From Schmidtea polychroa (Eukaryota): a DNA stretch of 60,000 nucleotides. Location of the stretch: NCBI GenBank assembly GCA_044892525.1, contig CM097885.1:235354001-235414000 (forward strand). Reading direction: 5' to 3'. The position numbers and the translations under genes are program-made. Under the pieces are notes generated by a model, which worked only from the letters and a program-made list of their open reading frames with translations, had not been told where the DNA came from and searched no databases. This document shows positions 35,194 to 46,804 of this stretch, in pieces (position 1 is the stretch's first letter; every line of letters begins with the position of its first letter).

Positions 35194-36400
35194 AGTAGTA
35201 TGATTGGGGCCCGCCCGGCCAGGAGCCCGCTCGGCCACATATACCCCCTCCCCCGTGTGTAAAATAATGCTAATAATAATATTTATATATCAGTATATAG
35301 ATTTTTCACTGGGCTTTAAAATAAGTGTTTGATTAATAAATTCGGATGATGGAAACATTACTTTTGGGAAGAAAAAAAAGTAGGTCACCGCTGGACCAAT
35401 TAATTTTAAAAAAAAATTACGTAATAGTTCTAAAAATATTAGGCATCGTTCTTAAAATATTAGGCATCGTTCTAAAAATATTAGGCATCGTTCTAAAAAT
35501 ATTAGGCATCGTTCTAAAAATATTAGGCATCGTTCTAAAAATATTAGGCATCGATTACGTAATAGTTCTAAAAATATTAGGCATCGTTCTAAAAATATTA
35601 GGCATCGTTCTAAAAATATTAGACATCGATTACGTAATAGTTCTAAAAATATTAGGCATCGTTCTAAAAATATTAGGCATCATTCTAAAAATATTAGGCA
35701 TCGTTCTAAAAATATTAGGCATCGTTCTAAAAATATTTGGCATCGTTCTAAAAATATGATGAGTCATTGTCTTTGTTCTAAAAATGTGATGAGTCATCGT
35801 ATGATAAAAATATTAGGCATCGTTCTAAAAATGTGACGTAATCATTCTAAAAATATTAGGCATCATTCTAAAAATATTAGGCATCGTTGGGTGAGTCATT
35901 GGGTGAATCATTCTCCTTGTTAATATTAATGATGTTGATACCTTCAATAGCTCATTCGAAAGGTCTTGGACCGAGCTTTAAGATGAGGTATCGTTCAAAA
36001 AATTCAGATGATGGAAACATTAATTTTTGGGATGAAAAAAAAGTAGGTCACCGCTGGACCAATTAATAATATTTTGAATAATAATAATAATTTAACGTTG
36101 AAAAGATGGTGGTCATCAATTGTTAATAACATTAAAACTATTAAAGATATATAAGATACCTATAACTCATTCGAAAGGTCTTGGACTGAGCTTTAAGATG
36201 GGGTATCGTCCAATAAAATCTGTTGGCGGGAACATTAATTTTTGGGATGAAAAAAAGTAGGTCACCGCTGGACCAATTAATTTAAAAAAATTACGTAATA
36301 GTTCTAAAAATATTAGGCATCGTTCTAAAAAAAAAATAAAATTTTTCAGACCGGGGGGGGAGGGGGTATATGTGGCCTGGCGGTGACCAATCATACTACT
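35194..36400. mobile_element. Central 1207-bp non-coding mini-element with Polinton-type termini
   Basis: Begins AGTAGTATGATTGG, ends CCAATCATACTACT; imperfect ~60-bp TIR including GGCCACATATACCCCCTCCCCC. Confidence 0.7.
35427..35888. repeat. 21-bp tandem array (GTTCTAAAAATATTAGGCATC), roughly 20 units
   Basis: Directly visible, with GATTACGTAATA inserts and degenerate units after ~35757; another unit at 36301. Confidence 0.95.
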
Positions 36401-37505
36401 CTACTGTTCTTTCTCTTTTATGTCTCTTTTCACAGGTCTGATCGAGATTTAAGTGTAACAATGTATAGGCAGAATTTAATTCTCTACAACACGGCGCAAT
36501 TACAATTTCAGTTTGGTGCTTTGTGTGTAATGCACACATGTTTTTACAATAAATTTGTATTTTTTCGCGCGCTTAACGTTATTTTCTTGGATTTTTATTC
36601 ATTTAATATATAGATAAAATTTAATTTTCTATAAAATAGCTTGATTAAAAATTATGTCTCGTATGTTGTGTGTAATACACACATGTTTTTACGATAAATT
36701 TGTATTTTTCGCGCGGTTAACGTAATTTTCTTAGGATTTTATTCATATAATATATAGATAAAATTTAATTTTCTATAAAATGGATTGATTAGAAATTATG
36801 TATCTTGTTTTGTGTGTAATACACACATGTTTTTACGATAAATTTGTATTTATTATACGTTAACGTAATTTCCTTGTATATTTATTCATATATTATAGAG
36901 ATAAAATTTAATTTTCTATAAAATGGATTGATCTAGAGTTTAAAATGTTGTATTATTTTATTACTTTGTTGCAATATTTTTATAATCTTATAACAATTTG
37001 CTTAAATATTTTACATCTGGTGAAATATTTCCGAAATATGTTATTACTTTGTTGTAATTTACTGAAAGACTTCACAATTTATTACAATATTCTTTTTTAA
37101 TTTGTTGTCCGTCTTCGAAATAATGTATTGATTTGTCCCAATTAACATCATTATTTTATTACTTTGTTGCAATATTTTTATTATTTTAGTTACAATTTGA
37201 TAAATATTTTACAACTTTGTTGAAATTTTCTGAAATATGTTACTACTTTGTTGTAATATTTTCTAATCTTGTTACAATTTGTTTAAATATTTTACAACTG
37301 TTGAAAATTTATCTGAAATATGTTATTACTTTGTTACAATTTTATGAAAACGTTATTACTGTTTTGCAATTTGATGAAAAAATGATATTACTTTGTGAGT
37401 TCAACACATTATTTTTATTAAATTATTATGAAAATGTTAAATAAGTCAACTTTAGCGTCAAAATGTGTTTTAAAATTTAAGTTTTAAAATACTGCAATGT
37501 AATGC

Positions 37506-37642
37506 ATTTATTTTTCCTACCCCTTCCTTGATTTTGATTGGTCAGAATATATTTATTTTTCCTACCCCTTCCTTGATTTTGATTGGTCAGAATTTAATCA
37601 TGTGTAATATATAAGCAGTAACTTTTCAAATGTTTGTCATTT
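37506..37642 (+). promoter_or_regulatory. Predicted Pol II promoter of the right-arm pPolB
   Basis: Two 43-bp direct repeats each with an inverted CCAAT (GATTGG); TATATAAG at 37608; Inr-like TCATTT at 37637 (A is 31 nt after the TATA start). Confidence 0.6.
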
Positions 37643-37665
37643 AAACTTTTAATTTAACTTATATA

Positions 37666-40600
37666 AGTGAATAAATTTTTATTCTCTATCTAATATTAAT
37701 GATTATTTTTTAGTGAACGGATGCAGTTTATATAAATTTTGTATTGCCGAAAGTCATGAAGATGTGGAGAACTGTAAATCAGTTACATCATCATATTTCA
37801 AGATAAATGACTCTACCTTATCGGGTTACATATGTCCGGAATGTCTCATTATAACACCAGGTAGGTGGTTAATGTTTGTACGACAACACGGACACCATCT
37901 TAGAAGATTCGAAGAAACGAAGAGCAGGATGATCACTAAAAGTAATACTCTTTCTACTATTAACAATTATTAATTTTTTATAGTACAATCGAAAATGAAT
38001 ACATCATACGATCCTAAGGAGATTAAAGAATATGTTACAAGTTATGTTATTTAAGTTGTTTAATATTAATTATAAATATAGTTAGACAAAACTCTGGCAC
38101 CACAAAACGAAAGTCAATATTTTACGGAAATGGAGACTCTAACATACAATTGTGTCCACGTCGGGAGTCTGACTTAAACGGTTCTCGTGTTGAATTGACA
38201 AGCGATGTATCTGCAATTAATTCTCCTGACATTGTTGTTCCAGATTGTCTCATCAAAGAAATAGAAGATCATATTCAACGAATGGGGACAGTAAAAATCC
38301 AATTTGGACTTTGTGCAGAGTTTATCAAAGAGGATGGTGAAATTAAAAAATGGTGTTTGTCGAATAAAGCAATTACAATGTCATCTTCATTTATTAATGA
38401 TGGAATTGAAAAATTAAAAGAAAAGTTGGAGAAATACACTCAACAAAGTAGTGGGTGGAGAATTCATAAAATATTAGAAGTTACTATGATTTTAACTAAA
38501 TTATCAGACATAATACATGTATCTGGTAAGATTATTTACATTATTATATATATAAATCAAGAGATTACTTAGGTTCAAGTTACATTAAAACGCCAAATTA
38601 CCTGAAAAACTGTCAGGCTTTAGTTAATGTTCAAAACAATGATCAATTCTGTTTTTTATATAGCATACTAGCTGTGTTACGTTATGATGATATACGTCGG
38701 AATAGAGAAAGAACAACAAAATATAACTTAAGTGGTAATATATATATATATATATATATATTTATAAATGTCATAAATCATTGAATTTTGTTTTTAAGAC
38801 TTAAAATGGAAATTTGAATGGTTTCCGATGAAGTTGGTTAACATTTGCCAATTTGAAGCAATTAATCCAAATCTAGCGATCAATGTTCTCAAATATAATA
38901 AAGATCCAATTAAACAAAAAACTAATGATATTTTCAAGAATCCGTTCATTGACTTGGTATATAGAAGTACTTCGACGGGATCTCAGATATATCTCCTATT
39001 GATTGAAGAAGGTAATATTTCCTTTAATCATTAAAAATATTAACTAAATTTAGAATTAAATTATCATTTTTTGGCTGTAACTAATCTCGATCGACTGCTG
39101 AATTACAGAGATAGAGTAGAAGGAGTCAGAATCCAATCACATTGGTGTCATACGTGTCTTCATGGGTTTCAAAAACGTCATGCTTTTGAAAGACATATAG
39201 GTCTTTGTAGGAAGAATGTGGAGCGTACGACTCTATACTCAATGCCAGAGAATAAATATATCGAATTTAAAGATTGGAGTAAAACTATAAAACAGCAGTT
39301 TGTTGTCTACGCGGACTTTGAATCGATATTACCCCTAGATGACAAACACTTCCAAAAACATGAGCCGATTGCATCTGAATTTGTGCTTCTCCATCAAGGT
39401 TGTCCGATCCGAAATGAAACATTTGTTGGGAAAAACTGTATCATTCAGTTCATACAAGCATTGGATGATATAGCTACAGACATAGTTTATCCGTGGTATA
39501 AAATTAATGGATCAAAGGAAATGATGGAACTCACTTGGGAAGAGCAGGAAGAATTCACGACTCAAACTCATTGCTACCTTTGTAAAAAGATTATCAATAT
39601 ACCTGTTCGAGATCATGATCATTTTACTGGTCAATATCTCGGAGCAGCGTGTCAAGATTGTAATTTGGCTAGAAGAATCAATCCGTCTTTACCTGTTGTA
39701 TTTCATAATCTTCGTGGATATGACATTCATCATATATTAAAATATGCAATTGGAAAATTCCCAGATTGGAATTTAATTGTTATTCCTCAATCAACAGAAA
39801 AGTTTCTCACACTTACAGCGACATCGAAAGGCAGAAGAATTAGATTCATTGATTCTTTACAATTTTTAAATAGCAGCTTGGCAAATTTATCAAAAAACTT
39901 GCCACGTCTTCCACTTACTTCAAAGATTTTCAATTCGCATCTAATAACTGGTAAAGGCATATTTCCTTATGATATTGCTACGTCAATGGATGTTTTACAT
40001 TCAATAACAGAATTACCATCGATTTGGGAGGGAGTTAGTCAAGAAGATTATATACATGCAAATCAAATCTGGCGACAATATAACTGTGAGACACTGCTAG
40101 ATTACATGCTAGTATATCTCAAGTTGGATGTTTTTGTGTTGGCCGATGTTTTTGAAGCTTTCAGAGAAAAAACATTTGACGAAGATGGACTTGAGGCTTT
40201 ATCGTTTGTTTCCATACCCGGATTAAGTTGGGCATCAGCTATTAAACAGTTACCTGAACCGGTAGAACTTATTCAAGATCCAGAGCTTTACCGTTTATTT
40301 GAAGCTGGTATTCGTGGTGGAATGACATTTATCAACAAACATCATGTTGAAGCTGATGAATCAACACAAATGTCATACCTAGATGTTAATAATTTATATG
40401 GATGGGCGCTGTCGCAAAAACTTCCTATTGGTGAATTTAGATGGATAAATGATCAGACTGAAATGAATGGTATTGTTGAAAGATGTGCAAATGGGGATGA
40501 GTTTGATGGATATCGTGGATATGTTCTAGAGGTTGACATCGTCATTCCTGATAGTATACAAGATAAGCTAGATGATTTACCTATAGCTCCTGAGCTTTGT

Positions 40601-41659
40601 TATCCACCTGGTAGTAAAGTTGAAAAGCTGTTGTTAACTCATGAGCCTAAGAAAAACTATGTAGTTAATGGTAGAGTTTTGACAGAGTGGTTGAGTTACG
40701 GCGCAAAAGTCACAAAAGTTAATCGTGCTGTAGAATTCAAGCAAGTAGCTATTTTCAAACGCTATATTGATTACAATACTCAAATGAGAGCAGCTAGTAC
40801 AGATTCATTTCAGCGAGATTATTATAAGTTAAAGAACAATAGTTTATACGGTAAAACCGTGGAAAACCTTAAGAAACGTATAAATTTGAGATTATGCAGC
40901 AAAAGCAAAAGATTGATAACTTATTGTAGTAATCCTATGTTTCGTCGTAGCATCAAGATTGCGGATGATCTCATTGCTGTTATACTTGATAAGGAAATGG
41001 TGTGTTTAGATAGACCAATGTATATTGGACAAACCGTACTTGATTTATCTAAACTTCGCATGTACCAGTTTCAATATAAAGAACTACAGAGTTATAGAGA
41101 AGAATTCAATTGTCAAATTAATATCGTAGCCGGTGACACAGATTCCTTCTTTTTAGAGTGTAAAAATGTTGATTTACGCTTACAACTGTATCCAAAAATG
41201 ATTGCCGGTGGGCTCCTAGATACTTCAAATTATCCGGTGACTGATCCATTGTTCTCAGATAAAATTTGTTCGGTAATCGGGAAATTCAAGGATGAGAATA
41301 AAGGAAATCAATATAAAGAATGGGTGTTTCTTCGACCCAAGTGCTACTCACTCCAAGGAGATAAAAACACTCTAAAAGCCAAAGGAATAAGTCTTACAAA
41401 TTCTAATATCACCCATGAAGCCTATAAAAAAGTGTATACTGATGGTGGAACAGTGAGCATCCAACAAAAGAGAATAGGAAGTGTCAATCATCAGTTGTAT
41501 ACTTTCATTACAGAAAAACGAGCTCTCCAATGTTTGGATGATAAAAGGTATTGGTTCAATTCTAATGAAAGCTATGCCTACGGTCACTATAAGATTCGTC
41601 AAATGCATATCGCAACTGCTCCGTCTACAAATGAATGCAAATCGAAACAAGAACTTTAA
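37666..41659 (+). CDS. polB: Spliced pPolB, predicted 1236 aa (right arm)
   Basis: Predicted coding exons 37666, 37714-37941, 37984-38040, 38082-38525, 38573-38734, 38799-39011, 39054-41659 (3711 nt, no stops). Motifs YADFES, FHNLRGYD, YLDVNNLYG, KLKNNSLYGK, AGDTDS; AATAAA at 41679. Confidence 0.87.
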
Positions 41660-43641
41660 CAATTAAATTTATGTGAATAATAAAATATATATTGTGAATT
41701 ATTTGACTTCGTTAATTAAAATATGTTTTATCATTTAATAATTCATTTGTCCAATTAATTTAGATAATTAGTTTTAAGTAAGAATTATTATTTATCATGA
41801 AAAACTTTGCTTTGTTTTGAAAAATTAATGCCCATTTTATTTAAATTAACACAGCTTTATTTTATGATAATTACCAATTAAAATTTTATTCAAATTGAAT
41901 AATTACTAATTAAAATTTTATTCAAATTGAAATATTATTGTTATAATTTACGCTCTTGTTAGAATATAATGTAAAATTAAAAAATAAATAAATAAAATAA
42001 ATAATAATTAAATAACGTTGGTAATTAAAATAAAGTATTAATAAACAAATTAATTAATTAAATGTAATAAATTAAAAATTAACTAAAATAAGTAATTAAA
42101 GTATAACATCATAAAATAATTAACTAATAAAATTAAAGAGAAAAAAAAATAGAAGTAATTAAATAAAATTAAAAATAATAATAATAATAATAATAATAAT
42201 AATTAAAAAGCGTAAGTAATTAATAAACTAATAAATTAATTAAATGTAATAAATTAAAAATTAACTAAAGTAAGTAATTAAAATATAACATCATAAAATA
42301 ATTAATTAATAAAATTAAAAAGAAGTAATTAAATAAAATGTTAATTTAAAAAATAAATGATTCGATTGGTCTATATTTGATCTTGATATTCCATGACCTT
42401 GAAAGTGAGTTGGAGTCCTTACTACATACTACTTACACTAGGCTGTAGCTCTAGTAATAATACAATAATTGAAAATATTTCAATGGAAACGCAATCTTCA
42501 ACATTAAATTTATCTATGAAGGAAATAACTTGTATATAACTTGTATCTTGAGAATGATTCAATTGAATTATCTTCAAGTAATTTTTCTGTGCGATTGACA
42601 AGGAATTGTAGATTATTAATAACTACATCAGTTTCTTTGTTCGATACTAGACAATTTTATAGGTTGATTATGTATATTGTTTGCGTCATTTATAAATAAT
42701 TATTGAAAAGTGGTTCGATTTATATTATTGCAGTTGATATGTATTATTAATAAAAGAATATGATTTGTTAAATAAATTTATCTCAATTAATTTTTTATTA
42801 ATTTTAATATTCAAATTAACAATCCAGACCCTGAGTAGGCTGGTTGTGAAACTTATCTTTTCAATTTTTAACAATTTTCAAACTACTACGCCAGAATTGG
42901 CTGAGTGGGCGACGGACAACAGACTGGTGAATTTAATCTTTGCATGTTTTAATAAATAAATAAATATAAAAGAAAAAATTATTTTAGTTGATTGTGTATG
43001 CATAAAAGTTTTTATAATCAGACAAGTTTTTGAGGTTTCGGAATTTTATCAATAATTTAAATTTTAAATTTGACCCAAGATTATTATTTTCTATATTAGT
43101 AAATGGATGTATAATTTGTAAATCGGTTTTGTGTGTGTGACTACAAAAATTTAATATTTAGAAATTTTTTCTATGCATTTTTAATTTTGGGATTTTGGGA
43201 TTTTTTTGAGTTAAAAAATTTGTTTTAGGGAATTTTTAAATTTTTGGGAAATTTTTAAATCCTTTTAAATTTAATTGTAAAGAAATTGTTATGTGAGAAT
43301 TTCTAAGTAAAGGTTTTTATGTTGAATAATACACTGTTTCTATATTTAGATATATGAATAAAAATTATCAAATATTATTAATATCAAAAATACTTCATAG
43401 ATTTTAAAACTATTCTAAAAATATTAGAATTCCCTAAAACCATAGAAAATGTATTCTTAAATTTTTTTATATACTCAGAATAGTACAGAAAAAATTTAAC
43501 AGAATACAAATGGTAAAATTTTATCTCTGCCTGTCCTGTGCATCATATTTGATACATATGACGCATTTTTATATACGTGAAATATATGTAGACAAGCAAA
43601 GGGTTGATAAATTTATTTTGAAAGAAAAACTAAATCATCTA

Positions 43642-43743
43642 TGATCAAAGCGTTCTTTCAACTAACAATAAAACCGCTGATCGTATGTAAATTCGGTGCT
43701 GCGATTAAAAATACCAATGATCAACAATTCTAATTTAAACAGG

Positions 43744-43774
<31 letters not shown>

Positions 43775-45827
43775 AATAAAAATAAAATTGGAAATAAAAA
43801 ATGTCATTTCATCAAAACCAATTAAAACAAATAAAATTGAGTAAATAAACAAAGTTTGCATTAACAATTTAAAACTAATAATTAAATTCAAAAATCAAAA
43901 TTTAAAAATCAAAATTTTTATTAATATAAAATAATCTTTTCAGGTTTTGGATAGCATGAAAATAACCGATCCGCTAATAATTCCTGAGTTGTAGCTCGTT
44001 TATCCGAATTAAGGACGATCATAGTTTCAATTAAATCGGCATAGTCGTTATCACCTATATTTTCTTCTAAAATGTACCTTAACCAACTTATATCTTGAAA
44101 ATATTTATATTTAGAACTATGGTAACATGTATATCTCTCTGGCCAATCATTTGGATCCGGATTTCCACACAAGTTGAATATCAAATTCAATTGGTTAGTT
44201 AGATCTTTACCGTTAAACAAATGAACCTTCGCAAATATTTCATAAAATACACATCCTAAACTCCAAATGTCTACGGAATGTGTATAGTTCGTCTCGCCAA
44301 ATAATATTTCAGGCGATGCGTATTTTAATGTCCCAACTCGCTTTGATTGCGGTTGACTTTGAAATCTTTCTATTAAATCTACCATTCCAAAATCTGCAAG
44401 TTTAATTACTCCGTGTCTGTTTATCAAAATATTTTCTAATTTAATATCTCGATGCATGTAACCTTTCTTGTGTAAATGATGAAGACCTTTCAAACATTGC
44501 TCCATAATGGATTTAATATTTGCTACAGTAAGCATAACACATCTGTTGTTTAATAATTTGAGTAAATCATATTCACAGTACTCAAAAATTAAAAAATAAT
44601 TAAATTCAAAGAAACCGTTTACAATGTTTTGTTTAAGGCATACTTCTTTTAAACAAATAATGTTTTCATGAGTGACTGATTTTAAAGTTTTCACTTCATT
44701 TAAAGAAGACAAGGGAAAACTTTGTAAATTTTCAAGGGGTTTTAATTTTTTAATCGCATATACTTTTTTAGTGAACTTGTCGTATGCCTTATAAACAACC
44801 CCATATGTTCCTTCACCTAACATTGAAATCTTTTCATATTTATCTATATTTTGAAATCCTTTAGGATGACAATCATGGAATGCATTCTTTAATAAACATT
44901 TAGATTTGGTAATCACATTATCAAATTGATTCGAATACATAATACTTATTATTGTCTTTAAATATATATTTATAATATTTTATCAATGTACAATTATAAT
45001 TATATTCTCTAGTTTAATTGAAAAGGATTGGTTAAAATTTTATTTAATAATATTTAAAATGTTTTTGTAAGATAAACAGATTTTTAAATTAATAAATATT
45101 AATTAATATTATTAATATTATATTAATAAATAATAAATATTAAAATTTTATTTAATAATATTTAGAAAGTTTTTGTAAGATAAACAGACTTTTAAAATTA
45201 ATAAATATTAATTTAAAACATGAAAAATAAAATTTTAATATAGTTTAAAATATTGTTAAGATCAAACGTTTCTTTTATTGACATCATTTCGTCAGATCAT
45301 TAAAATATTTTCCATCTTCAAAACCATTATTTAGAATAAATTTTCAGAAATTAATAGGATGCATAATAAGTATCAGTCGGTTTTATAAAAAAGTGTTGAG
45401 TTGTAATTATTGTTCGATCTAACTCCATGTGTTTTCGATCAGAATAATAACTCAAAACAATAAGTTTTTATTATCACCACAAATTACAATCATTCAAATT
45501 TCCATCGACACCATTGATCTTTGTTTGATAAGAAAAATAATCTGACTAAGCTCCAAAAAATCTCTATTTTCTCAGAACGACCTAACTTGTCGTTTACTAT
45601 TTTTTGCTCAAATTTTGTCTTCGACCAGTATGGCAATTTCACAAAGTTTTTGGTTACTTTTATTATGCTCTCCTCTTAACAATTACTTCCAAATTGAATT
45701 AGTTGTTAACAATGAGGTGAAAAATATGAACTCTGAATATTGTTGGGCAAAAACTGACTCTAGGCCCATGCATAAGTAACGTGACGAAATGCGTCGGAAC
45801 ATAACATGCAAACATAGAAGTAAGTCG
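43642..45827. repeat. ~2.2-kb direct duplication containing the kinase gene (partner 50480-52625)
   Basis: Near-identical CDS and upstream flank; more diverged on the 3' side of the gene. Confidence 0.85.
43921..44940 (-). CDS. Intronless cyclin-dependent kinase-like Ser/Thr kinase (CDK9/12-like, divergent)
   Basis: GEGTYGVV, YAIKK, FPLSSLNEV (PSTAIRE position), HRDIKLENIL, DFG, YASPE, DIWSLGC. Confidence 0.88.
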   Translation of the reverse strand: MYSNQFDNVITKSKCLLKNAFHDCHPKGFQNIDKYEKISMLGEGTYGVVYKAYDKFTKKVYAIKKLKPLENLQSFPLSSLNEVKTLKSVTHENIICLKEVCLKQNIVNGFFEFNYFLIFEYCEYDLLKLLNNRCVMLTVANIKSIMEQCLKGLHHLHKKGYMHRDIKLENILINRHGVIKLADFGMVDLIERFQSQPQSKRVGTLKYASPEILFGETNYTHSVDIWSLGCVFYEIFAKVHLFNGKDLTNQLNLIFNLCGNPDPNDWPERYTCYHSSKYKYFQDISWLRYILEENIGDNDYADLIETMIVLNSDKRATTQELLADRLFSCYPKPEKIILY

Positions 45828-46804
45828 AGCAGTAGCGGCTCGTCCATATAAGCAATGTGTTGGGCTGAAAATCGTAAAGCTAGTTCAGTTAAACAAAAAT
45901 TCAATTTTATTTCCTTTTATTACTATGTTTTTAAAAAAAAATTTTAAAGAAAAGAAGCGGTAAAATTATTGTAGAAATAACTTAAGCAACAAAAGCAACA
46001 AAACAAACAAATTAAATAATAAATAAATTCATTTTAATAATTAAAAACTAAAAAGGAAAAGTGAGTATAAAACATCATTAACAAAAATTAAGAATTAAAC
46101 AATTAAAAGAAAAAAATCGATTAAAAATTTATAATTAAAATGGAATATTTGATTAAAATTCGAAAATAACCAATAAGAACTTACAAATTTTATTTACTAA
46201 AATCAAATATAAAAATCCAACGCAATCGATTCTGATTGGTTGAAAATTTTGCACAATAATATTAAAGGGCCACTTCTTACGATACATTTTACCGTTCAAT
46301 CAAACTGTAATAGTTAACCAGCCAACCAACAGATCACTCATTCATTAAGCAAATTCATTTTTGGAGTATCCAATTTTATTTCTAAAGGATTTCGAGAAAT
46401 CATTTAGTAAATTTTGTTTCGTTTTATATGTACATGTAGTATGATTTTATAAATATTTAATGCGAATTAAAATTTAATTAAAGCTTTATCATATTTTTCC
46501 TTTTTCCCTATCTAAATAAATATATAAATTTGATATTAGTTTATCACAGTAATAGCTTTGAATTATGAATTTTGATAAAGATGTATTTGTATGATTTATT
46601 GTTAATGATTGTCGAGTAGTGTGGAGCTGAAATGTCACATGCCATGAGGGGCTTCTTCTCCACGGGTCGTCACTGAATGTCTTAGTAAAATTTTGGTAAT
46701 TTCGAGATAAAAACTAAATAATAGTTGTAGATAGTACAAAACGAATTTTATCGAAATAAGAGAAGTATGAGATGCCAACCAGAATATCTACACAGTGATT
46801 GAGG

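Larger units (their letters stand above)
29158..35207. repeat. Left arm of the element C palindrome
   Basis: Reverse complement of 36387-42433; I saw 3 substitutions and 2 microsatellite length differences. Confidence 0.95.
29158..42433. mobile_element. Palindromic pPolB-only Polinton-like element (element C, 13276 bp)
   Basis: Starts AGTAGTATGAAGTAAGG, ends CCTTACTACATACTACT; 6-bp TSD TACACT (29152-29157 / 42434-42439); ~6.05-kb inverted arms. Confidence 0.92.
36387..42433. repeat. Right arm of the element C palindrome
   Basis: Reverse complement of 29158-35207. Confidence 0.95.

Noticed and set aside
35346..35759. 137-aa (IVLKILG)n ORF
   Set aside because: It is the translation of the 21-bp tandem array; there is no independent coding evidence.
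35427..35888. CRISPR-like array
   Set aside because: The units are head-to-tail with no unique spacers, there are no cas genes, and the context is eukaryotic.
37713..39034. Separate small genes (86, 140 and 68 aa ORFs, and their mirrors at 32554-33881)
   Set aside because: They are better explained as exons of the single spliced pPolB.
29158..42433. Element C as a fold-back assembly artefact
   Set aside because: A perfect TSD, unrelated outer flanks, a unique spacer and small arm differences argue against it, although read-level confirmation is still needed.
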